Notes under the pieces: model-generated
What the model saw: only the letters and a program-made list of their open reading frames with translations
Databases searched by the model: none
Told to the model about the DNA's origin: nothing
Part shown: in pieces, positions 41,004 to 54,472 of the stretch
Numbering within the stretch: the stretch's first letter is position 1
Layout: each line of letters starts with the position of its first letter
Position numbers and translations under genes: made by a program
Assembly (NCBI GenBank): GCA_963920595.1
Contig: OY986946.1
Location: 4,340,001-4,404,000, forward strand
DNA length: 64,000 bases
Source of the DNA: Eimeria praecox
Lineage: Eukaryota
Reading direction: 5' to 3'

Positions 41004-41771
41004 CAGGATAAGGAGACATTCTTACATCGGGGGGGTCGAGCAGGAAGGTTTGGTAGTTGGGGTGTATGTCTCTCTCTTGCTTCTGCTGATGAGTCTCCTA
41101 GCTACAGATATATTGCTGCTAGCTACAGTATTAAACTGTATTCGCTGCAGCAAGTAGAGCAGCTACAAGCTGCTCTTGTCCCGCAAGTAAGGGAGTTGCG
41201 TGCTGCTGCTGCTGCTCCTGCTGCTGCTGCTGATGCTGCTGCTGACGATGCAGCAGCAGCAGAAGCTGCTGCTGCTGCTGCTGATGCTAGTGCTGCAACT
41301 GCAGCATCAGAAGAGAAAGAGGAAGATGCTATACAAACAGGGATACAGCAGCAGCAGCAACTGCAGCAGCAGCAGCAGCAGCAGCAACTGCAGCAGCTGC
41401 AGGAGCAGCAGCAGGAGCAGCAGCAGCAGCCGCAGCTGCTGCTGCTGCCTACTCAGGAAGATGAAGAGTTAGAGTTGGAGTTTACTATGCATCATAAGGA
41501 AGAGCTGCGGCAGCAATTAAATCTGTTGCAGCAGCAGAAGCAGCAGCAAGAAAGCTGGCTAGACCAGCAGCAGCGGCAGCAGCAGCAGCGTGTAGCTGAG
41601 AGACAGCTGCAGCAGCAGCAGGCAGACTTTGATATACATAGAGAGTTGCTGCTGAGCCAGAAGACACAGATAGAAAGAAAGCTATATGAAGAGGAAGAGC
41701 AGCAGTACGAACGACAGCAGCAGCTGCTGCAGCTGCTGCAGCAGCAGCAACAGCAGAAACAACAGCGAGAA

Positions 41772-41804
<33 letters not shown>

Positions 41805-42135
41805 GAGAGAGCAAGGAACCAGCAGCAGGAGCAGCAACATCTTCGGACAGAGCAGGAGCAGCAGCAGCAGCTCGAGCAGCAGCAGCAGCAGCTCGAGCAG
41901 CAGCAGCAGCAGCTCGAGCAGCAGCAGCAGCAACAAGAGCAGCAGCAGCAACAAGAGCAGCAGCAGCAGCAGCAACAAGAGCAGCAGCAGCGGGAGCTAG
42001 AGAAACAAAGACAGTGGCAGAGACAGCATCAGCTGCTAGAACACATGCATGTGCAGCAGCAAGTAGGTAGGAGCAAAGCTTGGTTTTCGAGGCCGGGGAG
42101 GAGACACTCTATGCCTGCAGCAACAGCAGCAGCAA

Positions 42136-42167
<32 letters not shown>

Positions 42168-42444
42168 GCAGCAAGGGGAAGAGGCCGCCTAGCCGGCCGG
42201 GTGAGTAGGGCAGCACAGCAGCAGCCTAGGAATCAGCAGCAAAACATGCACAGACAGCAGCGCCAGCAGCAGCAGCAGCAGCAGCAGCAACGACAGTGGC
42301 AGCAGCAGCAGCAGCAACATGCACTGTGGCAGCAGCTGCAGCAGCAGCAACAGCAGCAGCTGCAGCAGGAAAACCGCCGCCGACGCTCGAGCTTCCCCCA
42401 AGACAGCCTGTCCTCGTGGCGCTTCGATTCTGCTGCTGCTGCTG

Positions 42445-42477
<33 letters not shown>

Positions 42478-42547
42478 GCTCAGGAGACCAGGAAGCAGCA
42501 GTAGCAGCAAATTATCTGTGTGCGCTGCCAGTCACCCCTATAGCAAG

Positions 42548-42578
<31 letters not shown>

Positions 42579-43000
42579 ACAGCAGCAGACTTGCCAGCAA
42601 GCGCAACAGAGTTGCTGCGGCCTATCCCTGTCTTCAGCTACTTCACCCCACAGAAGCAGCAGCAGCAGCAGCATCAGCAGCACCTGCAGCACCTGCAGCA
42701 ACTACAGCTGCTGCAGCAGCAGCAGCAGCAGCAGCAGCAGCCACGGATGTCTTTGCGCCTACAGGCTTTAGGGCGCTGCCCGTTGCACATGTGTGAGAGA
42801 GGAACTAGCAGCAGCAGCAGCAGCAACAGCAGCAACAGCAGCAACAGCAGCAACAGCAGCAGCAGGAGGAGCAGCATCAGCAGCACGAGCAGCAGCAACT
42901 GCTGCAGAGTAGAATGTCTCCACTTGGTTCTAGCATACAATCCTCCAACACCAAGTGTTGCTGCTGGTGGTGCTGCTGCTGCTGCTGCCTGTGGGGCGGA

Positions 43001-43031
<31 letters not shown>

Positions 43032-43869
43032 GCAGCAACAGAAGCAGAACGTATAGCATTTTCGTTTTGTATCTTTCATTGTCTGACTGATGTTGCTGTG
43101 CTGCAGCAGCAGCTATCAATGGATGGGGCTGCTTTGCATGCAGCCCTTGCTGTTGCTGCTGCTGCTGCTGCAGCAGCAGCAGATCCTGCTGCTGCTGCTG
43201 GTACAGCAGGTCCCGCTGCAGCTGCAGCAGCAAACCCTGATACTGCTGCTGCTGCTGCTGCTGCTCTGTCTGCTACAGCAGCACGCTTTGTAAGGAGGGA
43301 AGGCGGAAGCGATGCCGCTGCTTCTTCTGTAGCTTTCGTGCTGTTCAGATATTTGCAGCAGCAGCAGCAGCAGCAGGACTTGCTCGTGCAGCAGCAGCAG
43401 CAGCAGCAAAACCAGAGCCATATGCTAGCAGCAGCAGCAGATAAAAAGATAGAAGATACACTGCAGCAGCAAATGCAGGAGACAGCCAGTTTGAGACAGC
43501 AGCAGCGACAAGAAGAGAAGCGGCTTCATAGCCGGCAGCAGCTGCTGCTGCTGCAGCAGCAGCACACGCTGCAGCAGCTGCAGCAGCAGCACAAGGCCAA
43601 TGACTGCGAAATGCAGGCATTGTGGAGACGACATCAGCAGCAGCAGGAAGAGTTGGTGCTGCAGCAGCGTCGGGATATAGAAGCAGTATGGGAGGAGACA
43701 CAGCAGCAGCAGCAGCAGCTGCAAGAGCAGCAGCAGCAACTGAAGCAGCAACTGCAGCAGCTGCGGGAGCAGCAACAAAGAGAAACAGCAACAGGAACAT
43801 CAGTAGAATATTTTGTTGTTGCTCTTCCTGTTCAAGAGTTGCTGCATTTACTAGCTGTATTAGAACAAG

Positions 43870-43911
<42 letters not shown>

Positions 43912-44033
43912 CTGTCTGTCCTTTGGCTTTTCTATCAACTCCTCGCCTCCCTCTTCCTTCTCTATCTTTAGATGAAGCAGGACGATGGTTTATGTTCGTA
44001 CAGCAGCAGCAGCAGCAGCAGCAGCAGCAATAG
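35686..44033 (+). CDS. DDX20: DEAD-box RNA helicase, DDX20/Gemin3-like; exons approx. 35686-36658, 36961-37391, ~37619-37712, 37965-38034, 38361-38459, 38680-39287, 39511-39649, 40208-40264, 40379-40463, 40671-40730, 41007-44033
   Basis: Q motif FKDLGL...PTPVQ, DAVIQAKSGTGKT, SPSRELA, GG, ATPGR, LILDEADLL, SATF, FRQAIIFVN, LKKFECRVMVCSDLMSRGIDA and DKETFLHRGGRAGRFG. The C-terminal RecA lobe recalls DDX20 (F.CRVL.STDL.SRGIDA). The DEAD-box call is firm; orthology to DDX20 is less so. Confidence 0.8.
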
Positions 44034-44528
44034 CAGCAGCAATAGCAGCAGCAATAGCAGCAGCAGCAGCAGCAGCAGAAGTAGCAGCAAAACTACCAGC
44101 AGCAGCAAACCCTCAGCAGCAGCATCCCCTCCATTTCACTGTCGTAGTAAGGGACAGCTGCAGCAGTAGCAGCAGAATAAACAGCAGGAGCCGCAGCAGC
44201 AGCAGCAGCAGCAGCAGCAAAAGCAGCAGCAGCAGCAGCAGCAGCAGTGACCTTATCCGGGCCTCTCCTCTCATACGGAATTGTCTCTTCGCAGCAGCAG
44301 CAGCAGCAGCAGCTGCTGCTGCTGCTGCTGCAGCTGCTGCTGCTGGTTGTGTGCTGTTCGTTTAATTGCTTTTTTGTGTTTAGTTTTGTAGTTTAAATTT
44401 GTCTGTCTTCAGAATCAAGAAACACACACAATTGATGCTGCTGTCCTTCTTGATCTGCTGCTGCTGCAGCAAACTACATCTGCTGCTTTGCTGCAGCAGC
44501 GGCAGCAGCAGATGCAGCAGGACCAGCA

Positions 44529-44559
<31 letters not shown>

Positions 44560-45366
44560 GAACAGAAGCAGCAGCAACTGCAGCAACAGCAGCAACAGCA
44601 GCAGCACCACCACCACGGCAGCTGCTGCAGCAGCAGCAGCTGCTGCTGCTGCCCTGTCTCCTGTTTGTTTTTTTTATTAGTGTCTTGCAGCAGAATATTT
44701 TCGTGTGTAAGAAGTTAAACAAACAATGAAGTTTAAGGTGTATATACACCTCAGCTAATAAACAAATAAACTGTCTCCTTAGAGACTCTACTCTGCAGTG
44801 TGCATATTAGGGTTTAGGGTTTAGGGTTTAGGGTTTAGGGTTTAGGGTTAGAGTACAGTATCTGACGCGAGAGGGGAGCCTTCAGATCTGCTTCTTCTAT
44901 TATCCCTGCTGCTGCAGCTAGCTGTAGACAGCCCCAGCTAGCTGCAGCTAGATGCGTTCATACACGGCTAGCTGCTGCAGCTAGCTGCTGCAGCTAGCAG
45001 CTGCTGCTAGTTGCTGCTGCTAGTTGCTGCTTCTCTGTCTGCTGCCTGGCGTTGATGGGTGCATGCGGCTGCAGCTTCCATACCCGGCTGTATGGACAGC
45101 AGCTGCTAGCTGCCTATACACCGGAGCTGCTAGCTGTAGCTAGCTGTAGCTAGCTGTAGCTAGCTACAGCTAGCTGTGCATGCATGTCTGTGTCTGTACG
45201 TGACCAGTGGTCACCTTCACGGGGGCTTTGTATGTTTGAGAGATTGTGGAGATAAGAGAGAAAAAGAAGAAATTAAATACTTTTAAAAATATATTTAAAT
45301 ATTTTGTATTTAAAAATATAATAAAGGAAGAAAGAGAAGCAGAAAACAAGAAAAAACCAACAGACG

Positions 45367-45436
<70 letters not shown>

Positions 45437-45570
45437 CTGCATCGTAAGATGATTTGTTTGTTTGTGTGTTGTTTGTTTAATATTAATATATCTTTAAATG
45501 TTTTAAAGGAAAACTTCTTCTGCTGCTGTTGTTGCTGCTGCTGCTGCAGGAGAGCTGCTGCTGCTGCTGC

Positions 45571-45604
<34 letters not shown>

Positions 45605-46331
45605 GCCGACAGCAGCAAGGAGCTGCATATATAGGATGTGGGGTATGGTTTTGTTTGTATTTATTTGTCGAGGTTAAATTAAATAGATTTATTTCCTTTA
45701 TTTTATTTGTTTTATTATTTCTACTTTGTTTTATTTCGTCTCTTGTTGATTTGCTCGTCTTTCAGGTGTCTGCGCATACACCGCAGAGTAGGGTCACCTT
45801 CTCTCGGTGTTGGGTGTTTGTGCTTTTCTTGTTTATTTTTGGATTTGTTTGTTTTTTTGTCCTCAATTTTGGCGTTTTATACTTCTTAGAGGGTGCAACA
45901 GCTACAGCTACAACAGCAGCAGCAGCAGCAACAGCAACAACAACAGCAGCAGCAGCAGCAGCCTCCCCATCATCATCAGCAGCAGCAGCAGCAGCCACAG
46001 CAGCAGGAGCAGGAAGAGCAACGAAGACAGCAGGTTCAGCAGCATCAACAGCAACAACAGCAGCAACAACAGCAGCAACAATAGCAGCAACAGCAACAGC
46101 AACAACAGCAGCAACAGCAGCAACAGCAGCATCATCATCATCAAGTACTTCCTAGATATTTTTAATTTAATATATTTCTCTCCTGTACAACGCATGGGTT
46201 AGTCTATCTCTTTTCTTTGTTTTTCTCTCTACACAAACAAGTAGAATATATAATAACAAATTATTTTGTTTATTATTTTATAAACATATCTAGAGGAAAG
46301 ATAGATAGAGATAGATATAGACAGATAGAAA

Positions 46332-46352
46332 ATGCTGCATGCAACAGCAACC

Positions 46353-46393
<41 letters not shown>

Positions 46394-46853
46394 AGCAGCA
46401 GCATCAGCAGAAGATGATTTGAAAGCCCCAGGAGACGAAGCGCGAGCGAGCAGCAGCTTAAGACCTGAAGAGAAGAAGACATTATGGATAGGTGACCTCG
46501 ATCAGGTAGTGGGCGTTCCCATAGATGAAGATTATGTGGCATCAACAATGTTTTATGAATTTAAAGAAAATATTGTAGCTATACGTATATGTAGAGATAA
46601 AGTGTCTAGACAGCCCAGCTTTGCTTTCTGTCAATTTAAAACACAACAACAAGCAGAATATTTATTATTATATATGAATAGAAGATATGTTCCGGGGAGA
46701 CAGCATAAATATAAATTGAACTGGGCGACATTTAATTTAATCCCAGAAAAACAAAATAAAATTGTTTACTCAAAACCACCACAAATTAATAAACTAATAC
46801 AACATAATTATAATACGAAACATATTAATCTAAATAATACTACTAATGCTAAG

Positions 46854-46887
<34 letters not shown>

Positions 46888-47071
46888 AGTTCAGGTGTAT
46901 GTGCATACACTTCAAATACGTCTTCTGCTTCAGACCAACACTTAGATATTTATTATTTGTAATTAGTTAATAAATAAGAAACAAATATTATTTATGTATT
47001 TATGTATGTATGTATGTATGTATGTATGTATGTATGTATGTATGTATGTATGTATGTATGTATGTATGTAT

Positions 47072-47107
<36 letters not shown>

Positions 47108-47416
47108 TTTATTATTTAAGGAAAATAGTAGAGCCTGTATATCCTAGACGAACTCATTATAATCAAACCAACACCACAAATATCACACTTTAATCTAGGG
47201 TTTAGGGTTTAGGGTTTAGGGTTTGGGGTTTGTTTGTAGGGCGTCGAGGAGTGTATGGCTCTGAGGAGACAGCAGGAGACACTGTCTCTGTTTGGGTGGG
47301 GTGTCTAGACAGTCAAACATGCAGAGAAGAAGTAGAAGAATTATTTTGTAGTTTCTACAACTCTGTTAAATTTGTTAAACTCATACTTTGTCCTAATACA
47401 GGTAAGAAAGACAGAC

Positions 47417-47450
<34 letters not shown>

Positions 47451-47591
47451 GTGATGATGATGATGATGATGAAGAGGAGGAGGAGGAGGTGCTGCTGCTG
47501 CGGTGGTGGTGGTGGTGCTGCTGTTGCTTTAGTGTTGTTGTTGCTGGTTTTGCTTTTACTTGTTATATCTATCTATCTACTTATCTCTCTC

Positions 47592-47679
<88 letters not shown>

Positions 47680-48320
47680 TATGTATATATAGGTGTACAT
47701 TATACAGTATAATACCTATAGTGTATAATATAATATATTACCTATCTACTAAATATAATATAAATAAATAAATGCTAAATACTAAATAAACATAATATAA
47801 AATGCATAGAATAGCACAATCAAATATAATAAAAGATAATAAAATACAACAAAGGATAATAAAATATAATAAAATATCACAAAAGAAAAAATATATAATA
47901 AAAAGATAATATAATACAATAAAATATAATAAAATATAATGAAATATAATAAAATATAATAAAATATAATTAAATATAATAAAATATAATAAAATATAAT
48001 AAAATATAATAAAGTATAATATAAAATATAATAAAATATACTAAACAAATCTAAAACTATTTAAAAATATAAAAATATATAATATATGTATTTGTCTATT
48101 TTCAGGTGTATGTAGAGGTTTTGGGTTTGTACATTTTGGGGATGCTGAGGAAGCAGAGAGAAGTTTAGAAGAAATGAACGGAGCTGTCTGTCATGGTAGA
48201 GCAATTAAAGTTAATAGATCTCATACTCATCGTGCTGCTGCTGCTGCTGCTGCTGGTGGCGGTGGTGGTGGTGGTGGTGGTGGGGTTGTAGGTGTTGGTG
48301 GTGTGGGAGGCGTCGGTGGG

Positions 48321-48363
<43 letters not shown>

Positions 48364-48493
48364 GGAGAGGCCGGGTTAGCTATGCCGCAGATTCATCTTT
48401 GTCTTCAGCTATTCAAAAAATATTTGCAGCAACAGCAAGAGAGGCGCAGCAGAAAGCACTAGCTTGCAGCAGCAGCAGCAGCAGCAACAGCAG

Positions 48494-48526
<33 letters not shown>

Positions 48527-48542
48527 GAAACGCGGTGTCTCT

Positions 48543-48575
<33 letters not shown>

Positions 48576-48781
48576 CCAACAAAATTAATAATTCGAGGGC
48601 TAGATGAGAATACAACAGAAGCTGAGGTGTATAGACACTTCAGTGTTTTCGGCCCTATCATACAAACTAGAAAAACTACAGCAGAGAAAGCAACTGTTGT
48701 CTTTGCTGCTGCTGCTGCTGCAGCAAACGCTCTCAGGTGTATGCATAACGCAGCCTTAGGGACTGCATGCATATCTGTTGA

Positions 48782-48815
<34 letters not shown>

Positions 48816-48876
48816 GCAGAAGATGAGGAGGAGGAGATATACAGCAAAACGAAGAGAAGACAGTGTATAACAAGCA

Positions 48877-48924
<48 letters not shown>

Positions 48925-49613
48925 AGAATGCCTCGTGGGGTGATAGCTGTGGAGACCTTAACTCTGCTTTCTATCGACAGCAGCAGCAGCAACAGGAGCA
49001 GCAACAGCAGCAGCATCTCATGCTGATGCAGCAGCAACTACTGCAGCAGCAGCTGCAGCAGCAGCAGCTACAGCACTTGCAGCAGCTGCTGCAGTTTCAG
49101 CAGCAGCAGCAGCTAGCCTTACACTGCTGCGCTCAGCAGCAGCAGCAGCAACAACAGCAGCAGCAAGAGCAGCAGCCGCAGGAGGAGGAAGAGACAGGGT
49201 GGGAGGCGTATCGAGGAGACAGCAGCAAGATAAAGGAGACAGCAGCAATGAACGAAGCTAGTTTAATAAATAATATATTTCAAGATATAGAGCCTAACCT
49301 TATACCCTCAGAGCTTCTACCTATGTGTATGTACACCGCAGATAGTATAGATATATATAAATCTACAGAGAGACACTTGTTCCTTAGTTTACTGTCTCCT
49401 TCGTATAAATTATCTTTGTTTGTAGGAGGAGACAGATATCTAACTGTCTCTATAAACGATGAGGCCCAGGTTGCTGCTGCTGCTGCTGCTGCTGCTGCGC
49501 GCTCTTTGCTTCTTAAGAAAGTTAAAGAGGGAGAGCCTCTCCTCCCTCAAGATATGGAGGAGCTGTATAGACAGCAGCAGACAGAGACAGATATAGATAT
49601 AGATATAGATTAA
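46332..49613 (+). CDS. Three-RRM RNA-binding protein, NAM8/RBP45-47/TRNAU1AP(SECp43)-like; exons 46332-46884, 47240-47401, 48106-49613
   Basis: RRM1 KTLWIGDL...FAFCQF...[11 protein letters not shown]2 SVWVGCLD...[14 protein letters not shown]...EMNG. Degenerate RRM3 [30 protein letters not shown] junctions, both phase 1. Confidence 0.85.
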
Positions 49614-49833
49614 TATATCTATTCTTAATTTATTATATAGTACTTACTTCTGCTGCTGAGAGAAGCAGCAGCTATTAACATATATACAAAACAAAACACA
49701 AACTATAACTATAAATGAAACACCCCCCTGCTGCTGCTGCTGCTGTTGTTGCTGCTCTTGCTGCTGCTGCTGTTGCTGCTGCTGCTCTTGCTGCTCTTGC
49801 TGCTGCTGCTGTTGTTGCTGCTGTTGCTGCTGT

Positions 49834-49865
<32 letters not shown>

Positions 49866-50164
49866 TTATCTTAGAAAAGTATACCTATAACAAATCCTGA
49901 GGTGTCTGCATGCATGCAGGTATTTTTGGGGCTTTCTTTCTGTTATTATTATTATTTAGTATATACAATAATTTAATTTTTCTTTGTTTTTGTTTCTTAA
50001 ACAGATAAATAAAATAAAAATTAAAGAGTCTAACCAAAGCTGCAGAGACACCGCAGCCACTCGCCTGTTCAGCAGGTGTCTCCTTACAGCAGCAGCAACA
50101 AGAGAGAAAGAGAAGAATACATGCATGCAAACAAACACATTAGATGCAGCAAGGGTCAAGAGAA

Positions 50165-50345
50165 GGGGGGCCCCACAGGGTACAGAGGGGCCCCAGCGGG
50201 GGTACTGGGGGGCCCTCGACAGGGTACTGGGGGACCCCCAAAAGGGTACTGGGGGACCCCCAAAAGGGTACTGGGGGGCCCCCATACTGGGGGCCCCCCA
50301 AGAGGGTACTGAGGGGCCCCCAAAGAGGGTACTGAGGGGCCCCCG
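50165..50345. repeat. G/C-run minisatellite (~AAGGGTACTGGGGGACCCCCA)
   Basis: About 8 degenerate units containing GGGG(G)CCCC inverted runs. Confidence 0.85.
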
Positions 50346-50993
50346 AGACGATGAAGTGCGGGGGGAGCAAGAGACGGAGGAGACAGTCAATACAAATTCA
50401 TTTTCGGTGCTGTGATGTAGATAAAGACAAAAAGAAAAAGAAAAGGAGAGAGAGGAGACAGAGGAGACAGACAGGAGACAGAGGAGACAGACAGGAGACA
50501 GAGGAGACAGATAGAAAGAGACAGAGGAGACAGACAGGAGACAGAGGAGATAGATAGGAGACAGAGGAGACAGATAGAAAGAGACAGATAGGAGACACAC
50601 AGGAGGAGACAGATAGGAGATACACAGGAGACAGAGGAATAGATAGATAGAAGGAGACAAACAGGAGACAGGTAGAAGTAGGCACACCAAAGGAGACAGC
50701 TTAAACTATTTTATAATTTAATACATCTGTCTCCTCGATGCCTGCATGCAGCTTAAGGTAGGAGACGCTGTCTGGGGCTTCCATATTTATCTGCTGCTGT
50801 TTGTATAGATATATCTGTAATAGAAGAAGGAGTGCCTTGAACTGTAGATACACCCTAAAAATATATATAAATAAAACAAAAGAAAGACACAGACAGAATA
50901 CAGAGACAGAGAGAGAGAGAGAGAGAGGGATACAAAGAGACAGAGATAAAGATAAAGATAGAGATAAATATTAAGATAGATAGATAGATAGAG

Positions 50994-51070
<77 letters not shown>

Positions 51071-51735
51071 GAAACGGAGACAGAGATAAACATAGAGAGA
51101 GAGACAGAGACAAAAACACAAAAACAGAGACAGAGACAGAGATAAAGAAGAAGATAGAGACAAATATACAGAGAAAGATAGATGGAGACAGAGATAAAGA
51201 TGAAGCCAGAGAGAGAGAGAGACAGGGAAGAAGAGAGACAGAGAGAGAGAGAGAGAGAGACAGAGAAAGAGACAGACATAAAGACAGAAGCATAGAGATG
51301 CGGGCTCCTCTTGCTATCGCCTAAAACCTAAACCCTAAACCCTAAACCCTAAACCCTAGAGCCTAGAACAACAAAATGTGTTAAGACGGGCGTAGAACCC
51401 TGAGCTGCTGTTGCGTCTGTTTGTCTCCTGTCTCTGTCCTCTGTCTCTTTCTGTCTCTTCCTATCTCCTTTCTGTCTCCTTTAAACTGTCTCCTCTAAAC
51501 TGTCTCCTCTAAACTGTCTCCTTTAACATTGTCTCCTTTGGACTGTCTCCTTTAGACTGTCTCCCTTTAGACTGTCTCCTTTAGACTGTCTCCTTTAGAC
51601 TGTCTCCTTTAGAACTGTCTCCTTTAAACTGTCTCCCTTTAAACTGTCTCCTTTCAAACTGTCTCCTTTTAAACCGTCTCCTCTCAAACTGTCTCCCCTC
51701 AAACTGTCTCCTTTTAAACTGTCTCCTCATCTTAC

Positions 51736-52221
51736 CGGGCTTTCTTCTTCTCTTGTTTCTTCTTTCTCTTTCAGAGAATTCTTAGATCGAGCAGGAGATG
51801 CTAGCGAGTACATCACAACTCCAGCCACGCACTGTACACCCCCACAAACCCTAAACCCTAAACCCTAAACCCTAAACCCTAGACCCTAAACCCTAAAGCC
51901 TAGACCCTAAACCCTAAAGCCATATAGGTTTAATAGGCATTCTGTATAGGGTTTGTGTTAGTTCGTGTCTTGTTGTGTGTTTCATCTCGCATACAAAGAC
52001 AACAACATCTAAACCCTAAACCCTAAGCCCTAAACCCTAAACCCTAAACCCTAAACCTACCGTAGCAGCTGAAGCACCAGTCCAAGGGTTTAAACACTGA
52101 TTAGGTTGAATCTCGCAGAAAATAAAGTGAGACGTCAAGAAAACTAAAGCTACTTTCAAACCCTAAACGCCCTCACACACAACTAACAAACACAACAAAT
52201 CCCTCCCCCTTGCTGCTGCTG

Positions 52222-52259
<38 letters not shown>

Positions 52260-52418
52260 ACAGGAACTACAGCAGCAGCAGCAGCAGCAGCAGTTATTCC
52301 AGTAGCAGCAAAAGCAGCAGCAGCAACAACAACAAACAAACAAGACAACAGCAGAAAGAGCAACAGCCTTCGTCTCCTCCTCCTCCTCAGCAGCAGCAGC
52401 AGCACCAAAAGCAGCACA

Positions 52419-52459
<41 letters not shown>

Positions 52460-52698
52460 TAATATACTTTCAGTATCCCTGTCGAGACAGCTCCAAAGCT
52501 CGACATCAAATACCAAAGTGTCCCCGAGTGAACCCAACCAGAGATAAACAGCCACAGACTGCAGCTAGCTACTGTCTGCAGCAGCAGCAGCAGCAGCAGC
52601 AACAGGGAGAGTAGCAGCAGCAGCAGCAGCAACAGGGAGAGTAGCAGCAGTTAATGAATAAATAGGATTTGAAGGAGGGGTTTAGGGGTATGCTCTGC

Positions 52699-52737
<39 letters not shown>

Positions 52738-52851
52738 TGAGGGTTTACTTGTTATATAACTATAAACTATAAACCCTAAACCCTAAACCCTAAACCCTAG
52801 ACAATAAATAATATAAACAACAGCATAGTAAATAACTATTACTTATAATAA

Positions 52852-52883
<32 letters not shown>

Positions 52884-53339
52884 AAATAAACAAACAAATT
52901 AAATAAATAAACAAATAGATAAATAAATAAACAAAAGAGCAAACAAAATAAATAAACAAACAAACAAATAAACAAAAAAACAAACAAATTAAATAAATAA
53001 ATAAACAAACAAATAAACAATCAAACAAACAATCAAACAAACAAAATAAATAAACAAATAAATAAATAATAATAGATAAACTTCTTTTATTTATACATGC
53101 AGAGATCCTCCTTTGTCTCGAATCGGTTTGAGGACTTCGCCTTCAAAGTTTGGGATAGTCCACAGCATACTCCACATCGTAACCACAGCGCTGCTGCAGA
53201 CCCTGCAGCAGCAGCAGCAGCAGCAAGAGCAGCAGCAGCAGCAGAGGCAGCAGCAGCAGAAGCAGCAGCAAGAGGAGATGAGGTTTGAGCTGCGTAGACC
53301 CTAAACATTAAACTCCTATGAACTAATACAACATGTAGA

Positions 53340-53390
<51 letters not shown>

Positions 53391-54427
53391 TATATATATA
53401 TATATATATAGTGCATTTAATAACAGACACTGGAGCTAGGGTTTAGGGTTTTGACTTTTGTTTGTTTAGGGTGTACTAGGGTTTGGGAAGTGCTAGTCTA
53501 GGGTTTACTAGGGTTTAGGGTTTGTGAGGCTTCGTTAATGCTGGGTTAGGGTTTTGTTAGGGTTTAGGGTTAGTTAGGATTTGTTCGAGCTTGTAAGTGT
53601 CTCTAGGGTTTAGGGTTTGTTAGGGTTTAGGGCTCCTCAGGGTCTAGGGTTTGTAAGGGCTTGCTAGGGTTTAGGGTTCGTTATGGTTTAGGGTTTAGGG
53701 TTTAGGATTTGTAAGGGTTTGCTAGGGTTTAGGGTTTATTAAGGTTTAAGGTTTAGGGTTTGTAAGGGGTTGCTAGGGTTTAGGGTTTCTTGTTCGGGTT
53801 AAGGGTTGTTAAAGGTTAATTGTTAGGGTTCAGCGTCTTTCTAGGGTTTAGGGTTTAGGGTCTACCTCGGGTTTAGGGTTTAGGGTCTAACTCGGGTTTA
53901 GGGTTTAGGGTCTATCTCGGGTTTAGGGTCTATCTAGGGTTTAGGGTTTAGGGTCTATCTAGGGTTTAGGGTTTAAGGTCTATCTAGGGTTTATGGCTTA
54001 TCAAGGCTTTCGGGTGTATATCGGGTTTAGGGTTTGCTGTGTATCTAAGGTTTAGGGTTTCGGGTGTATCTAGGGTTTAGGGTTTACTGTGTATCTAGGG
54101 TTTAGGGTTTAGGGTTTAGGGTTTATGGTTTTCTTACCCCATCATACAAACGAGGTTGGGTCCTTCTAATGGTGTTTTCGACTTCATAAATTTTTCATTT
54201 AATACAAACGTCAATCCCATTAAAATAGAAGAAAGTAAAATCAAACAAACTCCTACAAACTCTTCGTCGCCTATTTCTATATTTAATTGATATGCCTTGA
54301 GAGAGACACCGCAGGTTATTACTAAGATCTGAACACAAACCCTAATGCAGTTATTATTAACCCTAAACCCTAAACCCTAAACCCTAGCTGCACCTAAAGA
54401 GACTCAGAAAACACATATATACACATG

Positions 54428-54472
<45 letters not shown>

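Noticed and set aside
45529..46202. Overlapping ORFs upstream of the RRM gene, including a Lys-rich minus ORF 45762-45998
   Set aside because: Low complexity with no family motif. More likely 5' UTR or intron of the RRM gene.
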